Below, piece after piece: positions 41,469-51,514 of a stretch of 64,000 bases of DNA. Location: positions 240,300-304,299 of the forward strand of contig CALSRU010000004.1 of NCBI GenBank assembly GCA_943788835.1, given 5' to 3'. The notes beneath the pieces were generated by a model, which saw only the letters and a program-made list of their open reading frames with translations, made no database searches and was not told the origin of the DNA. Every line of letters starts with the position of its first letter. Position 1 is the stretch's first letter. The translations under genes were made by a program, and so were the position numbers. This DNA comes from an uncultured Pseudomonadales bacterium (lineage in GTDB: Bacteria; Pseudomonadota; Gammaproteobacteria; Pseudomonadales; UBA7434).

Positions 41469-42071
41469 CTATTGACGCCTGATAACCCCAACGCTTAACC
41501 CCTCTATTTTGAAATGCTGCTCGCGCAAATCGACAACGATCGTGCTGTAATCGACGTTTTCCGGCTCCAGATGCACGATATGCTTACTGCGTGTGGTGCG
41601 AAATCTTTTTACCGTGACATCGTCATCCACTCTGGCTACAACGATCTCACCATTGGCCGCTTGGGCCGTGTTATGCACGACTAAGCAGTCTCCGTCAAAA
41701 ATTCCTACGTCTTGCATGCTGTCGCCAACTACCTCGAGTAAGTAGTCAGCCCTTGGTTTAAAAAAGCTTGGGTCGACTGCCACGTAGTCTTCCACATGTT
41801 CTGTTGCAAGAATTGGGCTACCCGCGGCAACGCGGCCAATGAGAGGGATGCCTGTAGGGGTCTCATCAATCAGTCGAATGCCTCGTGATGTCCCTGGAAT
41901 CATTTCGATCGCACCTTTGCGGGCGAGGGCCTTGAGGTGCTCTTCGGCGGCGTTAGCCGATTTAAAGCCAAACTCAGCTGCAATATCGGCTCGTGTGGGC
42001 GGGCGACCCGTTGCTTCAATATGCGACTTAATTAAACCGAGTATTTGCTCTTGTCGTTTGGTTAGTTGCAT
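41469..42071 (-). CDS. lexA: LexA repressor
   Basis: 200 aa. wHTH N-terminus, Ala-Gly cleavage site in GRVAAGSPI, catalytic Ser in VVGDSMQD and Lys in VTVKRF. Confidence 0.95.
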   Translation of the reverse strand: MQLTKRQEQILGLIKSHIEATGRPPTRADIAAEFGFKSANAAEEHLKALARKGAIEMIPGTSRGIRLIDETPTGIPLIGRVAAGSPILATEHVEDYVAVDPSFFKPRADYLLEVVGDSMQDVGIFDGDCLVVHNTAQAANGEIVVARVDDDVTVKRFRTTRSKHIVHLEPENVDYSTIVVDLREQHFKIEGLSVGVIRRQ

Positions 42072-42145
42072 GCGCGGGCCTTCTTGCCGGGTTAGGTTGA
42101 CGTGCTAAGTTGGGTTCAGCTGCTAAATTTGGTTAAACTGTGCTG

Positions 42146-42161
42146 CTGATTAAATTTACAG
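42146..42161 (-). promoter_or_regulatory. SOS (LexA) box 1 upstream of lexA
   Basis: CTGATTAAATTTACAG fits CTG-N10-CAG, with one mismatch to CTGT-N8-ACAG. It lies 75-90 nt upstream of the lexA start. Confidence 0.6.
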
Positions 42162-42162
42162 T

Positions 42163-42178
42163 ATGTAATTATATACAG
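42163..42178 (-). promoter_or_regulatory. SOS (LexA) box 2 upstream of lexA
   Basis: ATGTAATTATATACAG. The extended 20-mer GTATGTAATTATATACAGTA matches 15/20 of TACTGTATATATATACAGTA. Confidence 0.6.
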
Positions 42179-42364
42179 TAACTGTTTGGGTGCAAGTTGG
42201 CATTTGCCAAAGTCTGCCGGGGTAGTGCTCTGAGCGGTGAATTATCGAGCAATTTTTAGCTATTGATGTATTTTTGCCATGGTTTTGCGCTACATACTAC
42301 CAAAGCCTTGCTCTGTGATTCTCCTAGACTTCAGTTAAATGCCTGAGTGTTAAGGAGTTTTACC

Positions 42365-43126
42365 ATGACCGTGCTCACTAATTTAAGCCGAATGTATGAT
42401 CTGGATGACAGTACAACGCTCATTGATCAGCATGCCGGGGGTTGTATGCCGGTTAAAATTATTAAGCCGCGCACCGCTGGACCGCATCCCGTGGTTATTT
42501 TATTGATGGGTATGACAGGGGTCGATCTGGCTCTTTGTTCTATAGGGCGTTTGATTGCCGAAGAGGGTTACGCAGTAGCCATTCCTGATCTGTATCATGA
42601 TGCCGGTAGCAAGGCTTCGGCACTACCTGCAGATTTTGATGAAGCGCTAGAGGCTATGCACGGCATTCGTGAGCAAAGAGCGATGGATGACATTGGTGCA
42701 ACTTTGGAGTTTATTGCCAGCCGTGGCGATATGAATACTTCGCGTATAAGTTTGTTCGGCCATTGTCTTGGTGGACGGCTGTCGTTAGTTGCAGCAAGCT
42801 ATTTTCCTACTCAATTTCGTTGTATTGCGAGTTATTATGCCAGTGGCTTAGAGACATGTTTGTCTGCATTTGGCTCGCTTGATATTCCCACCCAAATAGT
42901 TGGCGCGGGTAAAAGTTTATTTGCCTGTGAGCAAGCGCTCGGGCGAGTTGAAGCGAATTTACGCCAACATAATCAGTTTGTTGAGCGCTTGAGCTATGCG
43001 GAAGCATCACATAACTTTTTAGACGCTGGCTGCCGGAATTATGATCCGGTACTGGCCGCCGATGCCCTTTACCGAACTTTCAATTTTATTGCTGCAAATA
43101 CCGTTAACGATACTGTGGCAGCTTAA
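42365..43126 (+). CDS. Dienelactone hydrolase-family protein
   Basis: Cys-nucleophile elbow LFGHCLGGRLS, typical of DLH. An AAGGAG RBS precedes ATG 42365. Confidence 0.75.
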   Translation: MTVLTNLSRMYDLDDSTTLIDQHAGGCMPVKIIKPRTAGPHPVVILLMGMTGVDLALCSIGRLIAEEGYAVAIPDLYHDAGSKASALPADFDEALEAMHGIREQRAMDDIGATLEFIASRGDMNTSRISLFGHCLGGRLSLVAASYFPTQFRCIASYYASGLETCLSAFGSLDIPTQIVGAGKSLFACEQALGRVEANLRQHNQFVERLSYAEASHNFLDAGCRNYDPVLAADALYRTFNFIAANTVNDTVAA

Positions 43127-43257
43127 AATCGATTTTTAAATGATTAAAACAATATCCTCAGCAAGTCACTGCGTCATGGTTATATTGACGATCGGTCGCC
43201 TATAGTTTGTTGGGGTCGTCGGTTGCGGTCGCTTGTGACACACCCATTTGGCTCGTT

Positions 43258-43713
43258 ATGAAAAACCTAGTGCTTATTTATCATACTCAATCAGGTAACA
43301 CGGGCCAGCTTGCCGAAGCTGTGGTGCGTGGCATTACAGGTGAAGCGAGTGTGGCGCTAACGGTTAAAGAGGCTTTTGATGCGGGACTTGAAGACTTGTT
43401 GGCAGCAGACGCCGTCATTTTTGGTAGTCCCGAAAATTTTGGCTACATGTCTGGAGCGCTAAAAGATTTTTTTGATCGGACTTATTATCCGGCCGAGCAT
43501 TATCAACTGGGCATACCTTACGCGCTGTTTATTAGCGCCGGAAATGATGGGCGTGGTGCGGTCAGAGAAATTGATCGTATACTCAAAGGGTATCCCATGC
43601 GTAAGGTCGCCGAGCCTGTTATAGCAAGAGGTAATGTGACTGCGAAGGACTTACAAGCCTGTGAAGAATTAGGCCAGGCAATGGCAGCAGCTGTTGCGAT
43701 GGGTGTATTCTAG
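43258..43713 (+). CDS. Flavodoxin-like FMN protein / NAD(P)H oxidoreductase
   Basis: N-terminal LIYHTQSGNTGQLAEA FMN-phosphate loop and FGSPENFGYMSG. Confidence 0.7.
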   Translation: MKNLVLIYHTQSGNTGQLAEAVVRGITGEASVALTVKEAFDAGLEDLLAADAVIFGSPENFGYMSGALKDFFDRTYYPAEHYQLGIPYALFISAGNDGRGAVREIDRILKGYPMRKVAEPVIARGNVTAKDLQACEELGQAMAAAVAMGVF

Positions 43714-43844
43714 TTTGTTCTGCAGTTGCACCGTTGCTATCTTGGCAGTATAGGTGCGCGCATTGACTGCGTATTTTTAACTAAAACTAATGGGCCGCTC
43801 AGCGGTCGAAATGATGCGTATGCTGTCGTGAGCCGAGTTGATAT

Positions 43845-44531
43845 ATGAAGTCAGATCCTTCGTTAGAAAAAAAATCAGAAGCATCCAGTGCGTTTTTAGC
43901 GCGCCGCTGGCCCCTGTGGTTAGTGGTGGTATTGACCTTCGTCCTGACGTTGCTCGTGATGTTGCTGGCTTACCGTTACTATTTTTCACCGTCTCCATTC
44001 GATCCGGTTGAGTTGAATGCAAACGAAACCCAACAATTAGAAGAAAAACTTGAGCAGCTTGACCCTAGTCGATTGAACCAAGAACTTGGTACCGCAACGA
44101 GCCCACTTGCCCCTCGCGTTTATACTGAGGCTGGAGCTAAGCGTCAATTGGCTTTCAGCGAGCGTGAGATTAATGCAATGCTGGCGCGAAACACTAACTT
44201 AGCTGATAAGTTAGCGATAGACTTTTACGATGATTTAGTGAGTGCCCAGCTGCTGGTACCGGTAGACCCTGCGTTTCCAATTTTGGGTGGAAAAACGGTG
44301 CGAGTCAGCGCAGGTTTGGAGCTTGCTTACACTAAGGGCAAGCTCACGGCGATTTTGCGCGGCGTCAGCGTGATGGGCGTGCCGATTCCCAGTGCTTGGC
44401 TGGGTAATCTCAAAAACACCGACTTGATTAGTGAGTTTGGCAGTAGCGAGGGCTTTTGGCAGAGCTTCGCCGCTGGGATCAGTCAGCTGAATGTCGAGCA
44501 AGGCCAGCTGAGCGTTACTTTGGCAGAGTAG
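43845..44531 (+). CDS. Hypothetical membrane-anchored protein
   Basis: 228 aa with one N-terminal TM helix (WPLWLVVVLTFVLTLLVMLLAY). No motif. Confidence 0.5.
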   Translation: MKSDPSLEKKSEASSAFLARRWPLWLVVVLTFVLTLLVMLLAYRYYFSPSPFDPVELNANETQQLEEKLEQLDPSRLNQELGTATSPLAPRVYTEAGAKRQLAFSEREINAMLARNTNLADKLAIDFYDDLVSAQLLVPVDPAFPILGGKTVRVSAGLELAYTKGKLTAILRGVSVMGVPIPSAWLGNLKNTDLISEFGSSEGFWQSFAAGISQLNVEQGQLSVTLAE

Positions 44532-44581
44532 CGCTAGAACTGGTTTTGATGTGTTGCCTCACACTCACCCTCGCCACTGGG

Positions 44582-47515
44582 CTAAAGTGTTATTATTTCG
44601 ATGGCGTTGCGCTCGCAGAGGGATTCATACTGCGCTGTTTCGCCGCTGTGAGTAACTATGCCTATACTGGCTTGTTCTGGTTTCAAGTAATGCTCGGCGA
44701 CGCGTATTAAGTCGGCGGCTGTAACGTCAAGCACTTCTTGTCTAAACTGCGCATGCTGCTCGGGACTGCGGCCAAATAAAGCATCATGAAAGTGTTGTTT
44801 AGCTGTGCCAGCTGGCGATGATGGTTTGTCTAGTGAGCTGACTACGCCCAAGATGGCTTCTTCAATGACGCGCCACTCATGCTGCGTTTCGAGAACCCAA
44901 GCAATAGATTGATCGAAATCATTGAGAGTGTCAGATAGCCGCGGATCGCGATAAGAGTAAAAGCGAAATGCGGCATTCATCGAGTCTTGGCTGGCACCAC
45001 CGCCATAAGCGCCACCTTGCTCACGAATAGCGGTGTGTAAAAAGCCGTTACGTAATACACCGGCTAGCACTGTCAGTGAAGCTGCGTCGGCATGACCCAC
45101 GGGTACCGTAGCGTAGGCCTTCGCGCAAAAGTTCACCTGGGAGTTACAAACCCATAGCTGGCGGCTTTGTTGTCGCGTAGCGGGCAACTCTAGCAGTGCG
45201 CTTTTTACAGTATTTTGAGCCGGCCAGTTTTGCATCAGCGCATCAACCGTTTTTTCTTGTTGGTCAGCTTCGCCAACGGCTAAAAATTGATGCTCGCTGT
45301 GACTGAGCAGTTGATGTAACTCAGCAAGTTGAGCGCTAAAGTCAGCTTGTGCTGATGGCTCTAAAAGGCTTTTATTGAGCGCTTTAAGCTTTTGAATTCC
45401 TCTTAAGCCGCTGCTGTTATGCCCAAGTTTAGCGATAGGGCTCATGCCCTGGCAGGCCGCGCTCATTGCCAGTGCATGGCCATTGCCAGTGACTGACTGT
45501 TCGGCGCGGGCAGTGTACCGAGCAATAAGTTCGGCAATTCGTTGGTGCTCATCAAAGCGGGCATCATTCCAGGTGCTGGCCAGAAGCTTATCAATGTCAC
45601 TGCCGCGAGCAGCCAAACCTTTTGCCGAGAGCGTGAAATAGCCCTGCACTCGTTGCTCGTTGTCGATTTCACCGCGAATTGAACTGTAAGCGTTAATGCC
45701 ACCACAAACGCCGGTTTGCCAGCTCTGTGTTTGCAGGTAATCCTGTTCTCCGACACCCACCTCGGTGAGCACGCGATTGTGTAATGAAAGTATTGACAGT
45801 TGTGCCTCGCTAAGCGGGGGCAGTGAGCCGATGACTTGATGATAGGTCAAGCCATTGGTGCCCTGTGGGTAGTAGGCGAGCTTGCGGCCGCCGCAATCGA
45901 GCGGGTTAAATGTGGGTGGCACAGCCATGGCGGGCACGTCGTCTAATCCCACTTTTGGTAGCACGCCAGGATCATCAACAGCCGCTTGACGTTCCGTGAG
46001 TGCCTTACTCGTTGCAATAATGGCCTGTTTTTCATCTTCGCTTAACGCGGCTTTGATTGTTGCAAGTCGATCTGTTTCTTCAGTAATCAACTGTTGATTG
46101 AGGTGAGCGTCTGGGGTGAGCGTTACGGTTACACGGTGAGGGTTGTCGAGTAAAAGCCTCTTGATTAGCGTAGAGATAAAATTCGGGGCCTCTATATCCT
46201 TGCGCAGCTGCTCTAACACCGGATCGATGTTGAGCATGCTGGCCGGCTCGCCGCGATGCAAGGCTGTGGCGAGGCAGGAGAGAATAAGTTGGAGTCCATA
46301 AGGGTGGCTGTCACCACTGATTTCACGCTGCTGTAATTCTAACTGGTCGAGCAGAGCAACCAGTCGGCTCTGCTCGACTCCTTGGGTAATTGTATTTTGC
46401 AGGGCATCTAGGACGAGCGCTTCGAAGTCATCTTGTCCGCTTTCTTCGCAGCCTTCAAGGCCGCATACAAAAACCATTTGCAAACCTGAATCATCAAGGC
46501 CACATAGCGGTGACGGAGAACTGCCAAGCTCGGTTGTTTCAAGCGCTTGCTGAAGGGGAGAGGCACTATCTTCAAGCAAAATACTCGACAGTAGGTGCGC
46601 GGCCATTACTGCCATAGGATCGCGTATATCATCGAGAACCCAAGCCATTACGCGGTGACAGTTTTTGGCGGACGCCTCGCCTTTAGCTAAGGGGTAGGCC
46701 TTGGTATTGCTGGTTGGTTTGTCGAACGGTGCTTGCAATGGAACTTCGATGACCGTTTTGTCACTGGCAAAATGTTGCAGCGCCAGCGCTTCAAACTTTT
46801 GTTGATGTTCACAGGCAGGGATGTCGCCATAAGTAAAAAAGACGGCGTTATCGGGGTGGTAGTGTTTTTTGTAAAATGACTGTAACTGTTCGTAGCTGAG
46901 TTGCGGAATAACAGCAGGTTCGCCGCCACTGTTGTATTGATAGGTATTGTCGGGAAATAAATTCTCACCTACAGCTTGCCAAAGTTGAGATGAAATAGAG
47001 CTCATCGCACCCTTCATTTCATTAAAGACGACACCTTTATAAACTAAATCGCTGCTTGCATCGTCGCTTTTTTCAAATTCAACTCGATGGCCTTCTTGAG
47101 CAAAATCAAGTGGATCTAGACGCGCAAAAAAAACGGCATCGAGATAGACTGTGAGTAGGTTGTCGAAGTCTTTGCGACTTTGACTAGCAAACGGATAGGC
47201 GGTCCAGTCGGAGCTGGTGAATGCATTCATGAAGGTATTGAGCGAGCGGCGGATCATCATAAAGAATGGATCGCGAACCGGATATTTTTTACTGCCGCAA
47301 AGGCTTGTGTGTTCGAGGATATGTGCAACACCGGTAGAGTCAGTAGGTACGGTGCGCAGGGCCACTAGGAAGACATTTTCTTTATTGTCGGCTGCAAGAT
47401 GAATGTGACGTGCGCCAGTCCGGGTATGTTGGTACTCCTCGCAGCGCAGGTCTAGCGATGCTATCTTGGTAGTGGTCAGGAGTTTAAACGTTGATTGATT
47501 GGTATCTATGTTCAT
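44582..47515 (-). CDS. M16-family zinc metallopeptidase (PreP/insulinase-like)
   Basis: 977 aa. Inverted zinc motif HILEH (HxxEH) near the N-terminus. The size and layout match presequence-protease-type M16C enzymes. Confidence 0.85.
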   Translation of the reverse strand: MNIDTNQSTFKLLTTTKIASLDLRCEEYQHTRTGARHIHLAADNKENVFLVALRTVPTDSTGVAHILEHTSLCGSKKYPVRDPFFMMIRRSLNTFMNAFTSSDWTAYPFASQSRKDFDNLLTVYLDAVFFARLDPLDFAQEGHRVEFEKSDDASSDLVYKGVVFNEMKGAMSSISSQLWQAVGENLFPDNTYQYNSGGEPAVIPQLSYEQLQSFYKKHYHPDNAVFFTYGDIPACEHQQKFEALALQHFASDKTVIEVPLQAPFDKPTSNTKAYPLAKGEASAKNCHRVMAWVLDDIRDPMAVMAAHLLSSILLEDSASPLQQALETTELGSSPSPLCGLDDSGLQMVFVCGLEGCEESGQDDFEALVLDALQNTITQGVEQSRLVALLDQLELQQREISGDSHPYGLQLILSCLATALHRGEPASMLNIDPVLEQLRKDIEAPNFISTLIKRLLLDNPHRVTVTLTPDAHLNQQLITEETDRLATIKAALSEDEKQAIIATSKALTERQAAVDDPGVLPKVGLDDVPAMAVPPTFNPLDCGGRKLAYYPQGTNGLTYHQVIGSLPPLSEAQLSILSLHNRVLTEVGVGEQDYLQTQSWQTGVCGGINAYSSIRGEIDNEQRVQGYFTLSAKGLAARGSDIDKLLASTWNDARFDEHQRIAELIARYTARAEQSVTGNGHALAMSAACQGMSPIAKLGHNSSGLRGIQKLKALNKSLLEPSAQADFSAQLAELHQLLSHSEHQFLAVGEADQQEKTVDALMQNWPAQNTVKSALLELPATRQQSRQLWVCNSQVNFCAKAYATVPVGHADAASLTVLAGVLRNGFLHTAIREQGGAYGGGASQDSMNAAFRFYSYRDPRLSDTLNDFDQSIAWVLETQHEWRVIEEAILGVVSSLDKPSSPAGTAKQHFHDALFGRSPEQHAQFRQEVLDVTAADLIRVAEHYLKPEQASIGIVTHSGETAQYESLCERNAIEIITL

Positions 47516-47760
47516 TGAAAAACTATTTTCCTAATTAGGTTTTGGCTTTAGTGTAGTGTACTTGACTCTACGTTTCGAATCACAATGCTGCGAAGTAATG
47601 TGGTGATTCAACGTTTGCTCAAGCGCTTAATCAGTTGATGGCGTGGTCAGTCGGTAAATTGGCTAGTAGGCATATTAGAGAGCTAGCTGACTCACTCGCC
47701 TATGGGATTCTTGCATCACTGCGTGGCCTTGTGGCACGGCTAGGTGCTGTGTAGGCACTG

Positions 47761-48687
47761 TTATTGCGCTGCGTTACTGAGTTCTAGCTCGTAGATATGC
47801 TGCCAGTTTTTGCCGGTCACCAGCACGTTGCCGTTGTCGTGTCGATAGGCGATGCCATTAGTAACATTGGCCTGATCGTTGCGCTCGCGTTTAGCCAGTG
47901 AAGCAAGGTCGATTGTATATCGTACCTGACCATCAGTGGGGTCAATGAGGACCACTGTATCGCTGCCCCAAATGTTTGCCATAATACAGCCGTTGGCCCA
48001 CTCCAATTCATTGAGGTGCTTAACGGGTCGGTCCATGACACGCACAATGATTTTCTTTTCTGGTTTCAAGGTCTCCAAGTTTCTGAAGGTCAGCGCGGAG
48101 CTACCATCGCTGCTGACTAGGCTTGTGCCATTGGAGGTCAGTCCCCAACCCTCGCTCTCGATCTGCTGTGTTGCAGTCAGCTCAAACGTGTTGGCTTGCG
48201 ATTGTGAATCAGATTGGGTGGTGGCGTCGGTGGTGTTCTGAGTCAGCCGATAGCGCAGCACATCGCCTGATTTCCAGGTCAGCACCACAAACTCGTCATC
48301 GACCATAGCGAGCCCTTCGCCAAAATACTTGTCATCCAGCGTTTGGCTAGTATCAGGGGTAAGCTGCCCTAATGGATAGCGCGCCAGCATTGATTGACCG
48401 TACAAGCCGGTCGACTCATAAATATAACCCTGATGAAAAATAAGCCCTTGGCTGAATGCATTGTTACGATGGGGATAGTGGTCAACCAGCTTAAAGCTAA
48501 GTGGCTCTGGGGTCGGCGACCCCGCAACTGCTGAACGATGCCTCGTTGCTCCGCATCTAAATGCAAGCGGCAACTGCGCTTGGCTATTAACGTGAGGTTC
48601 ATTGGCATGCGCTAAGGTGCCGGTTGCCAACGCAACCTTTAGGACCACAACGATGTTGCACAGAGCCGATAATTTAATCATTCTCAA
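47761..48687 (-). CDS. Glutaminyl-peptide cyclotransferase (beta-propeller type), secreted
   Basis: Signal peptide, then HYPHRNNAFSQGLIFHQGYIYESTGLYGQS, characteristic of plant/bacterial glutamine cyclotransferases. Confidence 0.8.
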   Translation of the reverse strand: MRMIKLSALCNIVVVLKVALATGTLAHANEPHVNSQAQLPLAFRCGATRHRSAVAGSPTPEPLSFKLVDHYPHRNNAFSQGLIFHQGYIYESTGLYGQSMLARYPLGQLTPDTSQTLDDKYFGEGLAMVDDEFVVLTWKSGDVLRYRLTQNTTDATTQSDSQSQANTFELTATQQIESEGWGLTSNGTSLVSSDGSSALTFRNLETLKPEKKIIVRVMDRPVKHLNELEWANGCIMANIWGSDTVVLIDPTDGQVRYTIDLASLAKRERNDQANVTNGIAYRHDNGNVLVTGKNWQHIYELELSNAAQ

Positions 48688-48803
48688 TCGGCGTTTGCAG
48701 TGTCTGTCAAGTGCTCGTTTATTAATCGGTAGTACCTGTTTAGTTAGTTGAGGGTGCTGAGCGTTGTAGCCATTTAAAGTGGTAAAAATGTCTCGAGTTT
48801 ATT

Positions 48804-51122
48804 TTACTCATGCGCGCCTGATTTGTTAGTTCGCCTGTTGGCATTGCTTCGAATAAGTTGCCGTACTAAAAAACGAGACGGCGAAATGGCCTGTCGCAGC
48901 GTATCGCTTAAAGGCACTGGCGAGCCATTTATTTCTGCAACTAGAAGCTCTGTAGCCAATGGTGCCATGGTAAAGCCATGCGAGCCATATCCAGTGTTGA
49001 TATATAGACCCGGTATGGGCGCGGCCAAATTTGTGGGCGTTTGCTTGGCATTGTGACTCAAGCTGGTAAAGCTCTTACAAAAGGCCTTTGGCTCAACCAC
49101 GCTCCCAGCGATGGGCATGTAGTCTGGTGAGACGCAGCGAAAGTTAGCTCGGCCTTGGATTGATTGAGCCAGTGTTTCATGGGTGGCGGGCGCAGGCATC
49201 GAAGCGCAAGCCCGGTGAGCATTGCTTAGGTTTTCTATATGGTCGGCAACGGTAACTTGCGTATTGGTGACGCCTAGGTTGTAGGTCGCGCCGATACTAT
49301 GAAGGCCATGTATCGATGGGGTTGTGTAGCCTTTTTCGCACAGTGTTACGCGAAGCTTTGCCGAACGATTGCTGGCTGGTATGTCCGATGTTTGCCCTCG
49401 CAATGCCTTAAGCTTGAGCCAGTTGGTTTGGGCGAATTCGGCGCTGGCATGGCCGCACGCCACAACAACGATGTCGGCATGAAGCACATTGGCATTGTTT
49501 AGGTGCGCTTGCCATTGTCCATGGCTTATATTTGCGTGGTATGCAAGGCTATCCACCGCGGTGGAGGTGAGTAGTTTAATCGCAGGATCATTCAATAAAA
49601 ACTCGCACACAGCACGCGGATTCAGATGGCCACTCCGGGGGTAATAAATGGCGGGCTCCGAAAGGGTTGCGCCCGCTATTGCGCTGGCGGCTGTGGCGTT
49701 TAAGTTGCGCCGGCTGTGGCACTCTGGGTGAGACTCGAGCCATTCATCGCTTAGCTGCTCAGTGAGTTGCAGCATGCCGTTGAGTCCAGTTGTTAGGTGG
49801 TTGGCGGGTCGTTTTTGTTGGTGATCAGTTAGGTTGGTACCAGCTGATTTCGGCGCGTGAGCTGACTCTAGCTGCCGATAATAGTTCACAGCGTAGTGAA
49901 AAGCAGCCTCATGAAAGTCGGCAAGTTTGGATCGTTGCAGAGCTGTTCGCGCATAGAGCACCGCGGCAGAATTGCCTGACGCGGCATCGGCAAAGCGCGC
50001 CCGCCTATCAAGCACCGTTACCTGCCAGCCCGACTGGGCAAGGCGAGATGCCGTGCTGCAGCCAGCAATACCTGCTCCGATTATTAATGCAGACGGCCGC
50101 TCGCTGGTGGTCTTGGTTTGCTCGTGGTGACTTTTTTCAGCATGCCGAAAAAAGCACGGCGATAATGAAAAGGCGGATTTTCTGGTTTTCAAAGGGGCCG
50201 GTTGGTCGTGTTCATGCTGCCCTAGTGCGGTTGCTAATGAAGATGTTTTTGCTGCATAAGTAGCGGTGAGCATTTCACGCTTACGGCCAAAGCCGGTTTT
50301 TTTTTGCAGGGTAAAGCCTGCCAGCGAAAGGCCTGTTCTCACCGGTCTGGCAACAGAAAATGTGGCCACTGTGCTGCCAATTCTGCTGTAGCGTCTAATT
50401 AACGTGAAGAGAGATGTGTGCCACATGTTTGGGTTTTTGCTTGGTGCAAAGCCATCCAAAAACCATGCGTCAACGCATAGCCCCAATGGCGACGGTGAGG
50501 GAGCTGCTAAGGATAAATTTGTGCGGTTTGTTCTGGATGATGTTATGTCTGCTGATGGGTAGAATTCTAAACGTTGTAGCGCGTCACAGCTGTCGCCTAA
50601 CAATAGCACCAAGGATATCGTGCAGCCGTCAAATTCAAACGGTATGAGATAGTCGCTGCCGACTAGGTCGGGGTAGTTGGCCCGCAACTCCGCTGAGTAT
50701 GTAGGAAAAGGATCGTAAGCGGCATGAACTTTTTTCATTGCTTGCAGGGTGAGAGGAAACGCCTCAGTGGCATAATAATATAGGCGCGGCTGGGCTGAGC
50801 GAGGCAAATGTTTATGTAACTCTACCCACCCATTAACTGTAGCCAGAAAGTTGAGGCCGCTACCAAAACCTGTTTCACCCACGATGAAATGATTGGTTGC
50901 ATTTGAAGAGTTGCCGTTCCTGTTATTATTTTTTAAGGCCTGAAGCCAGCGCTGTTCGAGTTGGTTACCCTGAATAAATACATGCTGTGCTTCTGCAGCG
51001 CCTTGACCTGGATTAAAGTAAATATCATCAAAGCGCAGGCTACGCACGGCACCACTTGCATCGACAGAAACTTGGTCGCTGGTGGTGCAGGGGATAGGGC
51101 GTTCATTGGCAGACAGCGTCAT
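48804..51122 (-). CDS. mnmC: Bifunctional tRNA mnm5s2U34 synthesis enzyme MnmC (methyltransferase + FAD oxidoreductase)
   Basis: N-terminal MTase half (ETGFGSGLNF, DAWFLDGFAPSKNP). C-terminal FAD domain (LIIGAGIAGCS). It is 772 aa, longer than the E. coli enzyme. Confidence 0.85.
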   Translation of the reverse strand: MTLSANERPIPCTTSDQVSVDASGAVRSLRFDDIYFNPGQGAAEAQHVFIQGNQLEQRWLQALKNNNRNGNSSNATNHFIVGETGFGSGLNFLATVNGWVELHKHLPRSAQPRLYYYATEAFPLTLQAMKKVHAAYDPFPTYSAELRANYPDLVGSDYLIPFEFDGCTISLVLLLGDSCDALQRLEFYPSADITSSRTNRTNLSLAAPSPSPLGLCVDAWFLDGFAPSKNPNMWHTSLFTLIRRYSRIGSTVATFSVARPVRTGLSLAGFTLQKKTGFGRKREMLTATYAAKTSSLATALGQHEHDQPAPLKTRKSAFSLSPCFFRHAEKSHHEQTKTTSERPSALIIGAGIAGCSTASRLAQSGWQVTVLDRRARFADAASGNSAAVLYARTALQRSKLADFHEAAFHYAVNYYRQLESAHAPKSAGTNLTDHQQKRPANHLTTGLNGMLQLTEQLSDEWLESHPECHSRRNLNATAASAIAGATLSEPAIYYPRSGHLNPRAVCEFLLNDPAIKLLTSTAVDSLAYHANISHGQWQAHLNNANVLHADIVVVACGHASAEFAQTNWLKLKALRGQTSDIPASNRSAKLRVTLCEKGYTTPSIHGLHSIGATYNLGVTNTQVTVADHIENLSNAHRACASMPAPATHETLAQSIQGRANFRCVSPDYMPIAGSVVEPKAFCKSFTSLSHNAKQTPTNLAAPIPGLYINTGYGSHGFTMAPLATELLVAEINGSPVPLSDTLRQAISPSRFLVRQLIRSNANRRTNKSGAHE

Positions 51123-51514
51123 GCCACATCCCGCAGTAGGAGTTCTATTTTATTGCTGTAGGCAACTGATGGACGTGGTGTTTTGTTGGCTTCGCTCATA
51201 GGCAGTCTATGTCTTTGCTATCTACTTGTTCTATGCATTGGTGGGCGCACTTAAAGTAGCATCCGAGTATTGCTGGAAAGTGTGCGGTTCGCTTTTTTTG
51301 TCGTCTAGCCGCCTGCACAGTGGGCAACTGTGGGTCGGCGTTGCTCGGACGATGTTTCCGGTTGCTATTATAAAGTAAAGTGTGGGGCATCAACGCTCGC
51401 GTTAGCAAACATGTAAAAAATCCTACCTGTTACGGTGAGATGCTCAAGGCGGCGCACCTTCGCACAAGCTCTGTTAAACTACAGCTCGATTTTTCATCGA
51501 GTAGCAAGCAAGGT

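Noticed and set aside
42096-42160. Loose repeats of GCTGCTAA(A/G)TTNGGTT-like sequence between lexA and the SOS boxes.
   Set aside because: There are only 2-3 very degenerate copies with irregular spacing, which is indistinguishable from chance in AT-rich promoter DNA.
47732-47747. A sigma-54-like element, TGGCACGGCTAGGTGC.
   Set aside because: The GG-to-GC spacing is off by one, the -12 element is poor (GGTGC rather than TTGCA), and no plus-strand gene lies downstream.
44582-48687. The M16 peptidase and secreted glutaminyl cyclase as leader-protease or tailoring enzymes for the RiPP operon.
   Set aside because: They are separated from the operon by housekeeping mnmC, hrpA and another gene, about 9 kb, and are on the opposite strand. 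The predicted mature peptide starts with Gly after signal-peptidase cleavage, not the Gln/Glu a cyclase needs. There is no evidence for a link.
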